Positions 37,175 through 48,650 of a stretch of DNA of 64,000 nucleotides are shown piece by piece. The stretch's first letter is position 1. The number at the start of each line of letters is the position of its first letter. Source of the stretch: Zancudomyces culisetae HAW-14-8 (taxonomy: Eukaryota > Fungi > Kickxellomycota); contig JBNJNM010000013.1 in NCBI GenBank assembly GCA_052426225.1, forward strand, positions 1,984,001-2,048,000, given 5' to 3'. The notes beneath the pieces were generated by a model. The model was given only the letters and a program-made list of their open reading frames with translations, did no database searches and was not told the DNA's origin. The translations under genes were made by a program, and so were the position numbers.

Positions 37175-37596
37175 TTAATTGGCAACCCACATGTAAGAAA
37201 TGTCACCATTTCTCATACTATGTAGATCAAATTTGCTATCATCAACTCTAGGTGGATGAACGCAATAACCATTACAATTAGCCGCATACAAAACTTATGG
37301 AAATACTTGTGGGGTTTCAGACCATCAGTTACACAAGATAAAAATCTAGGTGAGTTGTAGCATCTGTTTGGTTTGAAACGGAAAGTTACTATAAGATTGG
37401 TAACATACATATCTGAAAGTAACTCGAGGTTAACTTTTGCCCGTGTTCGTGTGCATCCATAGTGACTGTTATTAAATTTGACTTCCGAGACACTTTTTAG
37501 ACTTGGTATTTGTACGGCTTGGTTCTGTGAATTCTGTACACTTTAAGCAAGGAATGAGCCAAGTGCTAAGGTACTGAGAATTACAGACTTGATCAT
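37175..37596 (-). pseudogene. Disrupted crystallin-like secreted protein, subfamily B
   Basis: MIKSVILSTLALGSFLA* (TAA at codon 18), then in frame ..VNLELLSDMYVTNLIVTFRFKPNRCYNSPRFLSC..KFCM, a 1-nt deletion, and ANCNGYCVH..SYMWVAN*. The signal matches MIKSVILN of 49147. Confidence 0.85.
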
Positions 37597-38615
37597 TACA
37601 TATGTGTTTCATTATTCATTTTCGGTTTTAGTTAAAGTTTCTATCTTCTATGGGAATCGATATAGTTTCTTTTTTAGCTGAACTAATTGTGTTTTATGTA
37701 CTTTTCTAAACTAAAGGGATTATGTCAAAGTATTTAAAATATTAACTATAGCTTTGTGATACACTTCTAAAGCAAAATTATTGTTTTTTAAACAATCTAG
37801 ATCGAAGCTTTTAAGTTCTAGACACTAAAATTGTATTTCATAGATAAAATGTGATCTAAATATCTTAATAATGTTGTAATTTCAACAACAATCTAACAAT
37901 TTTTACATAAGCCGTCCTAAAAGTAGGTATAACCTATACAAACTAAAGAAATCTGATAATGATTATTAGTATATAAAGAGGAAACGGACCTAAAAAGAGA
38001 AGTAGTAGGTTCTATTAGTTTGAAGGTGGTTAAGGCCTAGTGTCTTGAGAAAAATTTAAATATACAGCATTTATTATCATAACAACAGTAGTCATTTACC
38101 ACAATATAGACATTATTTAAAATGTTTAGGTAAAATTCATACTCACATATATCAATTTAGGTAATTTTGGAATCACTAAAAAAATTTCTGTACCTTTATG
38201 TTGTTTTGTTTGGTGAATTCCGAGTTAATAAAAAACATCCAAATTAGGTGGTGTTGGTATAAAAGTAGCAAATAAAGAACGAAATTAGAAAACTGGGCGT
38301 GAATTTATGGAACTGATATGAAAACTACACACAACCATTCGAAGGAATTGATGATTGGAAATCATCAACAAATTCCAAATATGACAAACGATTTGGGTAA
38401 ACAAATTGTTGGTACTAGTAAAAAAAGAGTAAACAAAAAAATGAAAAAATGTATAAAAACAGTTGAATACGAAAATTATCAAGCCGGCATTTTAAACACA
38501 AAGGCATCCTAATAGCTCTAGGCTTCAAACCAGGGACATCCTTTTAAATTGAATAAAATTTTTTTTTCCTATAAAACTTTCTAGTAGGTATATAGACAAC
38601 AGCAATCAAAGAGAA

Positions 38616-40295
38616 ATGGAAAGATCAGTTCTGGGGTTGGGTTTTTACGTACACGACTATATTCTGAGTGTATTATTTTCAATACAGTTTGTTGACGACC
38701 TTGTGTTATTTGCAACTGAGAGCGAATATAGACACATACTGGCAAATCTTATTTACATACCATTATTGGCATGTGATATAAAATGGCTGTTAAAATACAT
38801 CGTCTCGGATCAATGGCTACAAGAAGTACTGATTTTTATTAAGAACGTGGTTTTACTTTGCCTTTTTTGCTACCAATTATCAGCAACAATCAGAAAAACA
38901 CTAAAGGAACTAGCCGTACCCTATGGTTTAAAAAAAGTAAAATGCATAGAGGCAAGTATTAACAGTAACTCTTCGAAGGGATACAAAGGCAAACGTAAGG
39001 TTTATGGGAAGAAAATGAACCAAAATCTGTGTATAGTTAATTTGGAGGAAGGAAGAAGTATTTTGATTGGTGGAGGGTTTTCATCAGAATATGTAAAGCA
39101 TCCAGATACAATATTCAATAAAAATCGGGCTTTTCTAAGAAACCACCACAAACACACAATATTGACCAGAGGAATGAATGTGAGTGATATCCTATACAGA
39201 AGATACTTGTTATATTTTCTGTCATATGTTGATTTAAACGAATCGATGGAGGCAATCCAACCGACCCTGGAACAAGTAATCAGGAGAGAGATTATATCAT
39301 CTGGAAGCATGTATAATGGAAATGAGGTTGTGGTTGACAATTTGTATGAAACAGTAAAAAGTATGGTTAGATTTGCTATAGTATTTAGATTTTTTGGCTC
39401 ATACGCAATAAGAGACAGAAATTTGGTTGAAAGCTTGAAAAAAGTGACGAAACCGACCAGGCTTGGAAACGTCAATAATCAAGAGTTTTTTTCAGTACTT
39501 TTTACTGCAGGATATTTGGGTAAAAACTACTTTTTTGAATATTTTGAACTTGAGTCGAGCTGCAGAAAATACCTTCCCGAATACAGAAAACCAACTGATA
39601 TAATACAATTTTTTACAGACAATTTTAGCATTTTCCAAGTGGAGCTAACGAGCGTTGCGTATTGTATACAGAAAGCTATAGCCATTGGTGTGGAAGTGAC
39701 ATCAAGGCGAATGTTTAATTTATTAGTAGAACTTAGTCTGAGGCCTCACGTCTACAAAGAGTTGCTGCAGGAGCAACATGAGCTTATTAAAAAAAATGGT
39801 GGTAACAACCATATTCCATTTGAAATGTTGGACGAAATGGTGTACTTGGATGCGTTCATTAAAGAAACGATCAGGCTTTCGGGATCGGATCCATTCATGC
39901 CCCGTTGCACGACCCAGGAAGTAGTGATGTCTAATGGCGTGAGTATTTCTAAACATCAATATGTGAGTTTCAACATCCAAGCGCACAATAGGGATCCCAA
40001 AATATTTGGGCCAAATGCGAATAAATTCAACTACAAGCGACACATTCGTCTTGGTCTGAAACTAACTGATGCTTCGTTGGCTAATTTGATGTGGGGTGCT
40101 GGCAATCGGGTTTGTTTAGCAAGAATATATGCAGCTGCACTTATGAAGCTGATGTTGGCAATGATCATTAGAAAATACGAGGTGCATGCCAATTATGCTG
40201 TTAAAAAAAACAAGCATGGACAACCCGCATTCTCCCACTATACATCCCTTAGCGATTTTTGCATAAACAAGGGATTGTACTTTAAGATTCGTTGA
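38616..40295 (+). CDS. Cytochrome P450, atypical
   Basis: Hydrophobic N-terminal segments; ELLQEQ..LDEMVYLDAFIKETIR (ExxR); HNRDPKIFG..FNYKRH (PERF-equivalent); haem loop WGAGNRVCLAR; I-helix IGVEVTS in place of AGxxTT. Confidence 0.9.
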   Translation: MERSVLGLGFYVHDYILSVLFSIQFVDDLVLFATESEYRHILANLIYIPLLACDIKWLLKYIVSDQWLQEVLIFIKNVVLLCLFCYQLSATIRKTLKELAVPYGLKKVKCIEASINSNSSKGYKGKRKVYGKKMNQNLCIVNLEEGRSILIGGGFSSEYVKHPDTIFNKNRAFLRNHHKHTILTRGMNVSDILYRRYLLYFLSYVDLNESMEAIQPTLEQVIRREIISSGSMYNGNEVVVDNLYETVKSMVRFAIVFRFFGSYAIRDRNLVESLKKVTKPTRLGNVNNQEFFSVLFTAGYLGKNYFFEYFELESSCRKYLPEYRKPTDIIQFFTDNFSIFQVELTSVAYCIQKAIAIGVEVTSRRMFNLLVELSLRPHVYKELLQEQHELIKKNGGNNHIPFEMLDEMVYLDAFIKETIRLSGSDPFMPRCTTQEVVMSNGVSISKHQYVSFNIQAHNRDPKIFGPNANKFNYKRHIRLGLKLTDASLANLMWGAGNRVCLARIYAAALMKLMLAMIIRKYEVHANYAVKKNKHGQPAFSHYTSLSDFCINKGLYFKIR

Positions 40296-40739
40296 TTATG
40301 TAGTGTGTTACATTTTTTTGTTAATTAGGTCAATAACTAACTAAATAGAGTGAAGATAATGATGTTTTCGATATCAGACCAAAAAATAAAAGCGATACAA
40401 AAAAGAGAAAAGTTGAAACAGAACATTAGCAATATACCCTTGATTTGGTTTTCGTAATACACAGTATTACTATAGTTGAATTTGACAAAAAATACTCTTG
40501 ATGTGCTTGAGGGTTTACTTTAGCTAAACACCAATGTATATAGTCAAGTGAAATGAAAGCCTATTACTATTATGCGAACATCCAAATATTAATATTCTCA
40601 TAAATACTCATTATAGCCAAATCAAATTATTATCAGTAACTCAGGAATTATAAAATTGTACTTTACTGTATGTCATTTCATACATCATATGAATAAAGAT
40701 TCCTAAGTTTAATTCGTTTAATATTGTTTTATTGTTTTA

Positions 40740-40876
40740 TCTATTATATGGTAAGGAATTAATCGATTAAACGAGTATCTAGATAAAAATATTCAGTATA
40801 TAATAAGGATGGTACACACATAATAGTATCTGGATGTTCGCATAATAATAATTGGTTTTCATTTCATTCAACTAAA
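40740..40876 (+). repeat. Diverged ~150-bp direct repeat, copy 2
   Basis: See 36205-36358. Confidence 0.7.
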
Positions 40877-42136
40877 CCAATGAATATAATCCTTGTCTAT
40901 TTTCATTGAATAGTCTGGAATTTTTAGCAGCGTTTAATTTGTTGATTTATACCAGATAATTGGTTACTTGGTTAAAATGCCAAGTTCATAAAAAAATATC
41001 GGAACACATCCTTGACAATGGTAGTTACCCCCACAAATTTATGGTTGCAGTAAATGTCAGTTCAATCAGCTACCTTTACGTATTTGCACAATGTGTATAC
41101 TTTCTACTTCTAGACCATTTCGACTACTTGGGCTCGCTTAACCACTCTGTGCTCCAGAAGGTATACGAAATTGGGATTTAATAATTACTACTTTCTGTTT
41201 TTTAACTTAATTACGTAAAAATACACTACAGTTTTACATTTTGTTATTATCATCTTGAAAAATATTGAAAACCTTAATTAAACCAGTAGGATTAATAACT
41301 TGATAAAATCATTGTTTTATCTTTACAATATGTTTGTGAAAATATCGAACTTGGATAGCCTACATACATATTTCAATGAGATAGCCTTATCACAAATCAA
41401 TTATCCGTATTCTAAATAATTGAAGATATTCTAAAACAATCCATTACCAAAATGATGAATATTCTTATACTAATATCACAATTCCTATAAATCACCTTTT
41501 GGTTACTAGTTATTTGTAATAGGTGTCAAAGACCGAATAAACATATCCCACAATATTATTTTGCTGTAAAACTATTAAAGAGTGTATTTTATAACCAACT
41601 TATGGTTTAATGGTAATACTATGCTGTTGATAGTTGTGTTAAATAGTGGTTTTTAGTTATTTAAAACCGTTTTCTTAAAGAGATTAACAACACAGTGTAA
41701 ATATACTTGATATTTATTTGATTGTCAGCTATTTATAGCATTGATATTTCAATCAAAATGTATTAAATGATAGGGTTACTATATAGATATGAATCAATAT
41801 TCAAACATTTTTTGGGATTTGATTTATAGCCATCGTAAAGTTTAAACAAATTCAATCAAAACAACGTGGTTGACTTTAAGCAAAAAGTCATTTTACTGAT
41901 TTCAGGGTTTACAGCTGGTTCAAAATTTTAAGCGTTTTAGTACCGAACAATCTGAACTGATGAAAATTCTGTCAACAGCTATAAACGGCACGGTAGATAT
42001 GAAAGCGGAAGGGAACCTACCCTAAACACTCAAATGTTAAAACATGTTTATATATAGACACGGTAGGTACAATAGTGATTTAACCAAATATCAGTTATAA
42101 TTTGCCAAGTATTAATTCATGTATCCTCGATGGTGG

Positions 42137-42809
42137 TGTCATGTGTAGTTGGATGTCTTGCGAAACCTAAAGAAATCAAGTAATACTTTTTTATTTTAAT
42201 TACATCAACTAATATTTTAACAAGAAAACAATCAATATTTAAAAAAACTATTATTGATTAAAAAAATAATTAAAAGATCACAGAAAAGTTATAAAACGGA
42301 AAATCAAATATAAATATGAATATAGTTAATATATCAATTGTTTAAAAAAAGTATAAAAAGAAAAAGGAAATGACGAAGCCACAAGTCATGGACACTGAGA
42401 AACAAAACTATGACCAAAACTAATTAAATAAAATATTAGTAACTAATGTGAATAGTTAAAATTTTCTAAGTGTAATGAAAATAAAGAATGAATACTTTCT
42501 AAAGGAAAAATTATAAGTTTTAGCTATAACAAAAAAAGATAATAGTGCTACGGCTAGTTAAGCTTATAATACTTTAAAAATTAAAATCTCAATTAATATG
42601 TCAGGTCTTATGCATAAACTGAGATTAGCATGGATCCAGCAGGCCAAGGATGAAGGCCGTTATTCATCAGACAGTGATCGCTCTGGAACCATCAATATGA
42701 AGGTGGATTCCAGAGAGTCACACGGCCCATTTAAAGAGCTTGCTGATCAAACCTTTTTGCTAATGAAAAACCCGATAACAGGCGAGTATCAGACCGTACT
42801 CGCTCAACA
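42137..42809 (+). mobile_element. Solo-LTR-like dispersed repeat, copy 2 (more diverged; internal ORF from 42598 open to the element end)
   Basis: Starts TGTC and ends CAACA; contains TAGTGCTACGGCTAGT and TTAAAATCTC; ORF MSGLMHKLRLAWIQQAKDEGRYSSDSDRSG.. is homologous to copies 1 and 3. Confidence 0.72.
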
Positions 42810-44607
42810 ACCTGTATTTTTTTACTTTTATTTTATTTAGTATATTCACTTTGTCTATTTGTTGTTTTCACATTCGAATTAAAGTATTGACATGCCTTTT
42901 TGATGATTCTGATATAGGTTGATATGAAAACACTATATCGGTGTACTCTGGTGCTGTTTTACTTGGTTTTGGGATGTTGCTCTTAGTATAAAATAATTTT
43001 AATTTAATAGTGGATCTCACACTCAAATAGTAGAAAGTAATAAACCTAAATTAAATTACTGATATCAGAGAAGCTCAACTTTAGTATTAAATAAATTCGT
43101 ATAGTTATCTTGCCTAGATCTGAATTATTTTGTAGACTACATGATTTTACTCGCGCTAGTGTCGTTTCACTAAAAATCCAAACCTAAACTAAATTTTGTA
43201 TTTCTTGCGCTTTAATATGTATTCTATCTCTTCAATAAGCTGAAAAGTAGAGTATTTACACTACTTTTTTTTAAATTTAGGTATAGTATAACAATAAAAA
43301 CATACCTATATTCACTTGACGATGTAAAAATACACTAAACAAACAGTAGTAGAATTTGAAAGTGTAACATAATATGATATTTTCGTTAATTAAATTTTAT
43401 CTCTAGTCAAAAATATCTAGAACATTCTAGTTGCATTGGTGTGTTAAATGGTTTGGTTGACCAAATTATAGTTAAGCTTGACTAATACAAAACAGTTTTA
43501 GATATTTAAAACATTTATTTTTTATCAGTGTTCACCAATAAAGCTCAATTTTTAGCTTTGGTTTGAATTTTGTCAAATCGAATACACTATTCGTAAGAGT
43601 GTATTTATCGAACCCACTTGAAATGCACTAGAAGCCCTGTCCACAATAATTAATATTCAAACAAACTATAATTATACTCTTAAGTATATATACTTTCACC
43701 TACAACAATATTGTAAACGAAATTATTACTTTGTACTAGAGCATTACTGTTCATCATTTTAACTCTAGTAAGCTTTAAAATGACATCAAGAGCTTATCCT
43801 TCTAGCTCAGAAATTGACAATATTCAAAAATTATACCAAGAGATATACGGATGCAAAATTTTAATATATTGCAAATCTAAAGATGATACCTTTGTGCTGC
43901 TCAACCTGTCTAGAAGTTTTCGTTATACTGTAACTAGATTATTTGATTTTCGTACATCTAGAATCTATTAGTTCATTATTTTATCAGACATGTCTAGCTG
44001 GTATTAATATTGAAATAAACCAGTAGACTATTTAGTTACCAAAAACTAAAATTATGGCTCAGATATGAAAAGTGATGGAATGTTCGGGAATATCTATTCC
44101 AAACACCCAATCAAAATTTCAAAATATAAATTAAAACTTTGTTTCTAGACTACGACTTATCGCACTCTAGTAGAAATACTCTGCTGACACCGGAGGTGAT
44201 AAGAAGTATTTTACTATTCTTCTACTTTATTTCTAGATTTTTATTTTTTTATATTCCTTTTTCAATAGTCTATTTACTTTTTCGCTAATAATTAATCTAT
44301 ATAATTTTAATTGTTAAGATAATATACCTAGAAGTTTGAACTTACAATATATTGTACGATCTATAATAATTTTGCCTAGTATTTGATCTACATGCTTTTG
44401 ATCAGCACACCTGTTACTAATAAGATATACTGTATAGACAAGTCTACTAAAAGTATTACTTTACTAGACCTACAAATGTTTAGTTCTTTAAAATGTATAA
44501 ATAGTGATAGATAAAGTCCTAGTTTGAAACTCCAGCCTCAGCTAAAATAGATAAAACTAGACCAAAATAGCCACAAAGTTTATTACTGAAAAAGAAAATC
44601 TCTAAAA

Positions 44608-45003
44608 ATGCGCATTTTAAGTTATACATTGGCCATCCAGCTTCTGTCAGCTACTCAAACCCTGCTAGTATCAGGCCATTGCCGTCATCGCCATCATGGG
44701 TACTCTCGACCAACCTTACACGTTAAAGTATTCTCAGGCTACCGCTTTTCAGGAGATGTAATAAACGACTTCCAAATGAGAAAACACAAGTGTTATAACA
44801 TTAAGCAGGGCACCTCAGCGCAATTTCTTAATCCCACGGATAGGTCAGGAGGAATGTTGGTATGCAGAGAAAACGACTGCAGAGGTGTGTGTACAGTAAA
44901 TACCAGGTTTTTACAAATTGGTATGTGGAATTTCCCAGAAGATCTCAAGTCTGGTCCACTTTCAATTAAATGGGTGTCAATGGGTACTGCCCCCAACGAG
45001 TAA
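44608..45003 (+). CDS. Small secreted crystallin-like protein, subfamily C
   Basis: Signal peptide; His-rich linker HCRHRHHGY; LHVKVFSGYRFSG..KCYN..SAQF..MLVCRENDCRGVC..LSIKW; TATA GTATAAATA at ~44495. Confidence 0.9.
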   Translation: MRILSYTLAIQLLSATQTLLVSGHCRHRHHGYSRPTLHVKVFSGYRFSGDVINDFQMRKHKCYNIKQGTSAQFLNPTDRSGGMLVCRENDCRGVCTVNTRFLQIGMWNFPEDLKSGPLSIKWVSMGTAPNE

Positions 45004-45606
45004 TCTTTAATACCCCTTTATAAGCAATAAAATATTTCTTTAGAGTCAAGTTTAGTTGATGAAAATATTATTTTTCTAGCCTTAGAGTGCTGAGATTAAT
45101 TAAAGTATCCAATCTTTGCATAAATAAATTACAGTATTCTGCATTAAAACGAGACCAAAATGATCCACAAGCTATAATATTTACGTATATTTTAGTTGAT
45201 AGTATAATTTAATGTCACAAGTACACAAACATTAAAAAGATAGTAGGTAAAAAATTTCTTAAAACATAATATGAAAAGTCTGTTTCCACAAGTCTAGAGA
45301 CAGCATACTCACTGGTAATTGGTCAGATGATGTATTTTCTGCCTTAGGTAGATCAAAGCCAATTATCTTAATAAGCTATGTGTACTTTACCTATGGTAAT
45401 ATTACTAATTTAGTTAACGGAATAAATTAGATACTGGTAATTTAATTGCTATTTAAGTGCTAATTCTGAATTTATAATCGATTATGCAGCAATTTATGTA
45501 TCTTCATGTATATTGTTCGATATATATATATTTAAATAATATATAAAGACCCTTAGAATCAGTTAAAGTAACGACTAAAACCAATAAAGTTTTAAAGACT
45601 GGCAAG

Positions 45607-46011
45607 TTAGTAGTAGTATCCACCATAGTATGGGTATCTGTAACCGTAACCATACGATGGATATCCGTAGTATCCGCCGTAGTATGGGTATCCATAATTT
45701 CCATACCACCAACGGTCATCAGTTCCATTTCCTGCATCACCACCTTCTGCTGAAGGATCAACAGTTTGAGCAGAATCGTCGTCAGCTGGTGCAACTTCCT
45801 CCTCCTCGTCAGCACGCTTGCGGTAGGCTGGTGTAGCAAAGCGGTTGTTAAAGGCAGAGCGAGATGGTGGAGCATATCTTCCAAAGTCCTGGACCTGTCC
45901 CATTGGTGGTTGCATAGGTTCGACATTTGCTCTTGGTCTTGGGGCGAATGCAGCATTTACTGATACTGTGGCAACTGCAGCAGTGAAGAGTGCGAGTGTT
46001 GACTTTACCAT
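45607..46011 (-). CDS. Secreted Gly/Tyr-rich peptide precursor, copy 2
   Basis: 134 aa; the first ~70 aa are nearly identical to 23825; shorter acidic spacer; core WWYGNYGYPYYGGYYGYPSYGYGYRYPYYGGYYY. Confidence 0.9.
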   Translation of the reverse strand: MVKSTLALFTAAVATVSVNAAFAPRPRANVEPMQPPMGQVQDFGRYAPPSRSAFNNRFATPAYRKRADEEEEVAPADDDSAQTVDPSAEGGDAGNGTDDRWWYGNYGYPYYGGYYGYPSYGYGYRYPYYGGYYY

Positions 46012-47284
46012 TTTTGATATTTAGTTTAAAATGAGCGTTGTTTGTAGCTGATTGCTAATGCAATATTTTAATACAAATGATTATGATTATGCTTAAAATT
46101 TTTACTTGAAGAATCTTCAATTGTTGATGATTTTTTATTTTGACAGTGATATCTTGACCCATTTTATACTTTTATTTTTTCTTGTTTGTAATCTGCTTTA
46201 CTCTTTAAACACATTTAACGGATATCCTATGTCATCTTTAAAGAGATAGTGGAAGATTCTAATTTTAGAACGGTATAAACGAGTATTTATTGCTCTAACT
46301 TTAGTATATTTAGGTTATAATAATAATCGATATAATTACAGTTAGTAATATACAATACTATTTTTAACCTAAATATGGTATATCGGATTTTTCTAAATAC
46401 ACTTACTTAGGTACCAGCGTTGTAGTACTAGCAAATAAAAGACAAAGATTGTTGCGTTTAGTATTATTTCATTGGTAGATTGATTGATTTATAATGTTAC
46501 CTAAAACTACGTAAATAATATAGATATTAGATTTTGTATCTAATTCGTTTGAAATATCTTTCCTTAATAAGAAATAAATAAAGTAATTAAAACGAGAGTA
46601 AAGTACCTCATTGATGGTATCGGTATTTTCAAAAAAACTCTGATTTAGATAATAGTGTCATTTCTAAAAATAATATTGATATTTATAATGTTCTCTTAAA
46701 TGGAAAAACATTAACTAATATTGGGGGTGCACCTGGAAAAGAGGTAAAATAGACAAAACTACCCGGTCCTGTAAACATTCCAATTCAACTAGCCATTATT
46801 TCCATTTTTTTCGACAAGGATTAGTCACTACTTGTATACACATACCCATTGTGTTTGTAATGTAGAATAAAATAAACGCCTATTTTGTATAATGTATTAT
46901 TAAACCACGAAGCAACTACTATGAAACTCTCTAGCACAATGAACTTTATTTTTATGTTCATGTAGTTATTTTGGTCCCGTAGGTGTTACTAATAGCAAAA
47001 ATATATTATACAAGGGTTTACTGATTGAGTCTATTTATAGATTGATAACTACTTTAGAATATTAGTAGCTATGTTGATCCGATGTATTATTCTATTCAGT
47101 ATTGTATATAATAGAATAATGATTCTTGTATTATTCTTATCAGTTTGCTTTTTTTGTATAAATGTTCCAGCTTTTTCTTTTTTAAAGAACCAAAATACAT
47201 TGAAACCTTTACCGATGTTAAAAGATATAGATCGTTTAACTATTTTAAAATATCTTTGATTATAGACTCTAAACTCATTCAACC

Positions 47285-47824
47285 ATGTTTAAAAAGCTAT
47301 TGATTTTGGTTGCGTTATTGCAATTCTGCCTAGCATCCTCAGATTTTCAGAAAGACCTAGCATGTAAGGTTACAGTCACCAATGCATACCCTTGTACGGA
47401 ACATACATATTGGAGAGATCTGAGCGGTGAAATACCTATGAATGCGGGAGACTGGTTCAAGTACTGGTCATTCTCATACAAGGACTTTGACAGAAATCAA
47501 ATAAAATACTCAGGACACGATTTGCCTAATAGTGTAATCAGTCAGTATATTGGCTTTAATGTTGATTCAAATCTGAGAACAGGTGAATCTATATGTACTT
47601 GGGTCAAGGCTGGTGTTACAGTAAAAGTTTTGGCTAGAACCTATATGAGATGTGTTGAACTCGATACTGTGAGTGACTGCAACGGAATGCAAACACGCTT
47701 GAGAACCAAAATCTGTGTAGACGAAAAATGGGATGCACTTGCATATGAAAGATACTGTCATTGGAACAATTGTGGATTAGGGTGGGATGGACCTTTCTCA
47801 AAAGAAAAATCAGTGTTCTGTTGA
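47285..47824 (+). CDS. Secreted Cys-rich protein of unknown function (possible small aerolysin/ETX-MTX2-like fold)
   Basis: 179 aa; signal MFKKLLILVALLQFCLA; nine Cys in the mature part; segment VISQYIGFNVDSNLRTGESICTWVKAGVTVKVLARTY. Confidence 0.82.
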   Translation: MFKKLLILVALLQFCLASSDFQKDLACKVTVTNAYPCTEHTYWRDLSGEIPMNAGDWFKYWSFSYKDFDRNQIKYSGHDLPNSVISQYIGFNVDSNLRTGESICTWVKAGVTVKVLARTYMRCVELDTVSDCNGMQTRLRTKICVDEKWDALAYERYCHWNNCGLGWDGPFSKEKSVFC

Positions 47825-47921
47825 TTTTTTGAAACTGATTAGTACAACTGCTGGTATAACTAGTGTTAGAAATAATACAAATTAACATTTTCTATTTATA
47901 AACAATTGCATTATTTTTGTC

Positions 47922-48650
47922 TGTCGTGTGTGTTTTGGTGTAGATCGGGATTCAATGATTTCAAATAATATTTTATTATCTACATAAACAATAACTATAA
48001 ATATTTACATTGTAATCACAAAAACAAAAACAGTTATTAATTCGTTCCAAAACTTCAAACAATAACATAAAAATTATAAAATGAAATATGAAAAATACAA
48101 CTAAAAAGATTATTAGTTAGTAAATCAACCACAGAGATAAAAACAAACTGAATATGATAACGAATGTAAGAACATAACTACAAGCAAGAAAAAAGTAAAA
48201 CAAGAATGAAACATAGGTTAATTATATATAGCTATTAGTTGTTTTGTCGAAATACTATATATAAACAAAAGTAGACTCATTAAAGATTTCTTAGCTCTTA
48301 TAACAGTTTTAAGAAGATAGAATATTAAGATAAATAAATAGTAATTGTGAACACAAGTTTATTAGGATTAGTGCTACGGCTAGTCATAAATACAAGTTTA
48401 AAAAAAAACAAGAATAGCTATTAAAATCTCACATAAAGAATGTCAGGCTTCATGAGTAAATTTAGACCCAGATGGATCCAGTCAGAAAGAGATGAGGGCA
48501 GATACTCATCTGATAGTGACCGTTCGGGAGCCACTTCTATGGAAGTGGATCCCGAAATATCACGTGTCCCATTTGCTGAATTATGGATCATGTATTTTTG
48601 CAACTAAAGAACCCGTCAAAGGATGAGGCTGTCCCCAACCTCACCCGACA
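47922..48650 (+). mobile_element. Solo-LTR-like dispersed repeat, copy 3 (internal ORF from 48440)
   Basis: TGTCG...CCGACA termini with an imperfect ~16-bp inverted repeat; 729 bp; homologous to 29722-30489 and 42137-42809; no clear target-site duplication. Confidence 0.78.

Noticed and set aside
39002-40043. Antisense ORFs within the P450 (and similar ones within the RasGEF and TF)
   Set aside because: Shadows of well-supported genes on the opposite strand.
31057-40295. Classical secondary-metabolite cluster (TF + P450)
   Set aside because: No PKS, NRPS, terpene synthase, DUF3328 oxidase or transporter in the window.
40950-41180. Possible decayed paralogue of the 47285 protein on the minus strand (VYTLCKYVKVAD..)
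   Set aside because: Similarity is too short and weak to support by eye.
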